DNA of 36,716 nucleotides from Candidatus Thorarchaeota archaeon (lineage in GTDB: Archaea; Asgardarchaeota; Thorarchaeia; Thorarchaeales; Thorarchaeaceae): positions 1 through 36,716 of the forward strand of contig JAWOEX010000001.1 of the NCBI GenBank assembly GCA_046482545.1. Direction: 5' to 3'. Position numbers and translations under genes: made by a program. Below are positions 34,364 through 36,716 of this stretch, one piece after another; the stretch's first letter is position 1, and each line of letters opens with the position of its first letter. Under the pieces are notes generated by a model. It was given only the letters and a program-made list of their open reading frames with translations. It was not told where the DNA came from and searched no databases.

Positions 34364-36716
34364 TCACTCATCTTTGGATTTGTCTTTTTCTGGCGTCCCC
34401 TTCTTTTCGCGCAGATGCTTTTCCACTTCTTCTAGAAATGCATACATTTCATCTTCGTGTTCTTGTAATCCTTCACTTTTCGGGATTTGCTCCATACCCT
34501 TTTCTGGTTGAGGCTTTGCGGATCCCTCTTGAGTAGTTTCGCTGCCATTCCGGATTTCTCTTTCGAGCTTGTCTGTAGATTCGACTGCATGTTCCTTGTC
34601 CTCAGAAGGTTGTTCTGTTTGTGTCTCTAATTCATCTCGGCCCACATCTTTATCATCAATAACCTCTTTTGGTTCCATTGAGTCGTCTTCACGAATCGGT
34701 TCTATACTTTGGCTTTCAACACCCGAAAGCCCTAGGCCACGACGCGTCATGAGGGTCTGTACACTTATTGGTTTGATTCCACCTTCTTCATGGAGGGTGA
34801 GGAGCGTTTCTAGTGTTTCTGCTTCGGTTTCTTCCAGTTTTTCGGACAGAGATTCCAGAATTTCGTCTATACAGAATTCTCCTCTCTCGTCTAGGCTGTC
34901 TTGGAGGAATTGTAGTATGGCCTTATCTTCCTTCCTGATTTGCTTCTCATCAACAATCTTGTGTGGAAGAAGCCAGTAGTAGTCGAGCGTGGATATCAAG
35001 TTCGAAAGCACCCATTCAGGGTCGAAGCATTCAACTTTTCCTCTCCAATCTTCAAGGTCTTGCTCATACTGGCTCTCAAACATATCGACAAAGAACTCCA
35101 ATCGACGTTTGAGAACAGGACTCATCTCCGATTCGAGAATAAGTATACCGATGATGAACCGGCTACTGTAACTATTGAGTCTGAGTCCATGATAATGTAT
35201 TTCCTCAAGTGTCCCCTTTACACCCCCGTCACCTGTTATTTCGCCGTATACATTTGTGATAGCGGAGATGAAGCCGCTGATTAAATCTGGCTCTATGTGT
35301 TTTTCAGTGAACGGGAAGTAGATGACACATGTACCGTGTTCTGTATAGATTGCCATGAAATGTTGCAGCGTTGAGAGCTCTTGGAACAGGTCAAGCTGTC
35401 TCTTCAAGGATAACCGGCCAGCTTCTCTCCGTGGTTTGATAACTTTCTTGTAAGCTAGTGTAGCCACAATGGTGATTATTGCAATGAGTATAGCAAATTG
35501 GGCCAACGGCGTACGGACAGTCTCGATGAGCACCTCAATGAGACTTGGAGATGGCCTCACCTCTACGGTGAGAACATTTGTATCCGCTGCCCATTCTGAA
35601 ATAGAACCATCATATCGGGCCCAAACTTCAAGGTTCTCAGTGTTGGATGGTATGTCAAAACCAGCATTTGCAACCCCCTCTTCGTTGGTTACAGCGGTTT
35701 TGCTCTCGACCGTTTCACCGTCAGAGCGTGACATTTTTACAAAGAATACAACTGTTCTTCCTGATAGTGGATTACCATCACCGTCTTCCAGTATTGCTTG
35801 CAGCGCAAGGGCTGAACCTTCGGTTACAACTGTGGTATTCGAAACAAGCCCTACAGTAAGCGTGTATTCTGCCTTCGCCAATACTTGCAGTGATATTTCA
35901 TCTTCCACTGTTTGGCAGTCGATTGCGGTAGCAGTAACAGCGACCGTATAATCACCAGGAGTGATTGATGAGTTGAGCCAGATACTTCCTCTGTATGATT
36001 CGGTGTTCACATCATATTCGAGCGCATATGTCACGCCTTCAAGCGTGAGGTTAACCTGCGCGAAATGAACAAGCTCGCCATGATAAGTCTCATTGACGAG
36101 GACTGAAACAACCATTGATTCATTCTCGTAGACGCTCATCTGTATATCGAAGAGGAGTGAAAGTGGAAGCCTCCTAACTGCGATTGAAGGTTTTTGGGAT
36201 GCAGATTCATAGCCGGTTTTGGAACATGTAAGTGTCAGATTGTAGCCGTCCGCGTGCACATTGGTGCTGTGAAGTGTGAGCGAATAAGTGAGATTTTCAT
36301 TCTGAGTGAAATCATATGTTCCAATCCAGTCAACTGACGGACTACTACCCCCAACACGTGCTGAAGTTCTTTCATCAAGATACTCTACTGTCAAAGTGAG
36401 TGAATCATTTACGTACATTTCATTGCCATTGTAAATCTGAAGCGTGGTTGGAATAGGCGATACCTCAACTTGGAACGTCTCTTCTCTGGAGACAAAGCCG
36501 TAGGCCGAGGTATTGATGATGCAGTCATGTATCCCGGTTCCAAGTGTAGTTCCGTTGAGTGTAACTTCCCATTGAATACCTGTCCACTCTGCTGAGTGGT
36601 TTTCTCCATCTACCGTGAAGATTAGTGTCGCAGGTGAGATACTTGATTCATTATCCATGGAATATTCTATAGTGAGATTCACCGTACCATCATAGTAGAT
36701 GCTCAGGCTGGTATGA
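34364..36716 (-). CDS. C-terminal part of a large surface protein: Ig-like repeats, TM helix, longin-like cytoplasmic domain and acidic tail
   Basis: The frame stays open to the window edge. Repeats resemble those of the 4610-aa protein. TM is FAILIAIITIVATLAY, followed by LQHFMAIY..GTC..PDLISGFISAI..FESQY. Confidence 0.85.
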   Translation of the reverse strand, partial: HTSLSIYYDGTVNLTIEYSMDNESSISPATLIFTVDGENHSAEWTGIQWEVTLNGTTLGTGIHDCIINTSAYGFVSREETFQVEVSPIPTTLQIYNGNEMYVNDSLTLTVEYLDERTSARVGGSSPSVDWIGTYDFTQNENLTYSLTLHSTNVHADGYNLTLTCSKTGYESASQKPSIAVRRLPLSLLFDIQMSVYENESMVVSVLVNETYHGELVHFAQVNLTLEGVTYALEYDVNTESYRGSIWLNSSITPGDYTVAVTATAIDCQTVEDEISLQVLAKAEYTLTVGLVSNTTVVTEGSALALQAILEDGDGNPLSGRTVVFFVKMSRSDGETVESKTAVTNEEGVANAGFDIPSNTENLEVWARYDGSISEWAADTNVLTVEVRPSPSLIEVLIETVRTPLAQFAILIAIITIVATLAYKKVIKPRREAGRLSLKRQLDLFQELSTLQHFMAIYTEHGTCVIYFPFTEKHIEPDLISGFISAITNVYGEITGDGGVKGTLEEIHYHGLRLNSYSSRFIIGILILESEMSPVLKRRLEFFVDMFESQYEQDLEDWRGKVECFDPEWVLSNLISTLDYYWLLPHKIVDEKQIRKEDKAILQFLQDSLDERGEFCIDEILESLSEKLEETEAETLETLLTLHEEGGIKPISVQTLMTRRGLGLSGVESQSIEPIREDDSMEPKEVIDDKDVGRDELETQTEQPSEDKEHAVESTDKLEREIRNGSETTQEGSAKPQPEKGMEQIPKSEGLQEHEDEMYAFLEEVEKHLREKKGTPEKDKSKDE

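Noticed and set aside
1-36716. CRISPR arrays, tRNA or rRNA genes
   Set aside because: No regularly spaced repeats or recognisable tRNA/rRNA sequence found by eye.

Overview
This window appears to be archaeal, most likely Asgard (Thorarchaeia-like). That is inferred from giant Ig-like repeat surface proteins, a longin-like cytoplasmic tail and thiolase/DUF35 pairs. Ordinary content: REC-PAS and MASE3 signalling genes, two thiolase+DUF35 pairs, acyl-CoA dehydrogenase, nitroreductase, a LeuA/AksA-family synthase, DedA/VTT, a LarA-like protein, a 4610-aa surface protein and a truncated IS200/IS605 tnpA fused to a yhhN remnant. The main finding is a ~570-bp non-coding mobile cassette present twice (2549-3120 and 21629-22210). 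Each copy is bounded by a TCAAGA direct repeat, and both sit in the same 11-bp target (TTCAAGAGAAT). Each carries helically phased end repeats, a TATA-like box and a ~430-nt highly structured RNA whose stems show many compensatory changes between the copies. Removing copy 1 exactly restores a 472-aa MFS gene. I do not recognise the RNA family.
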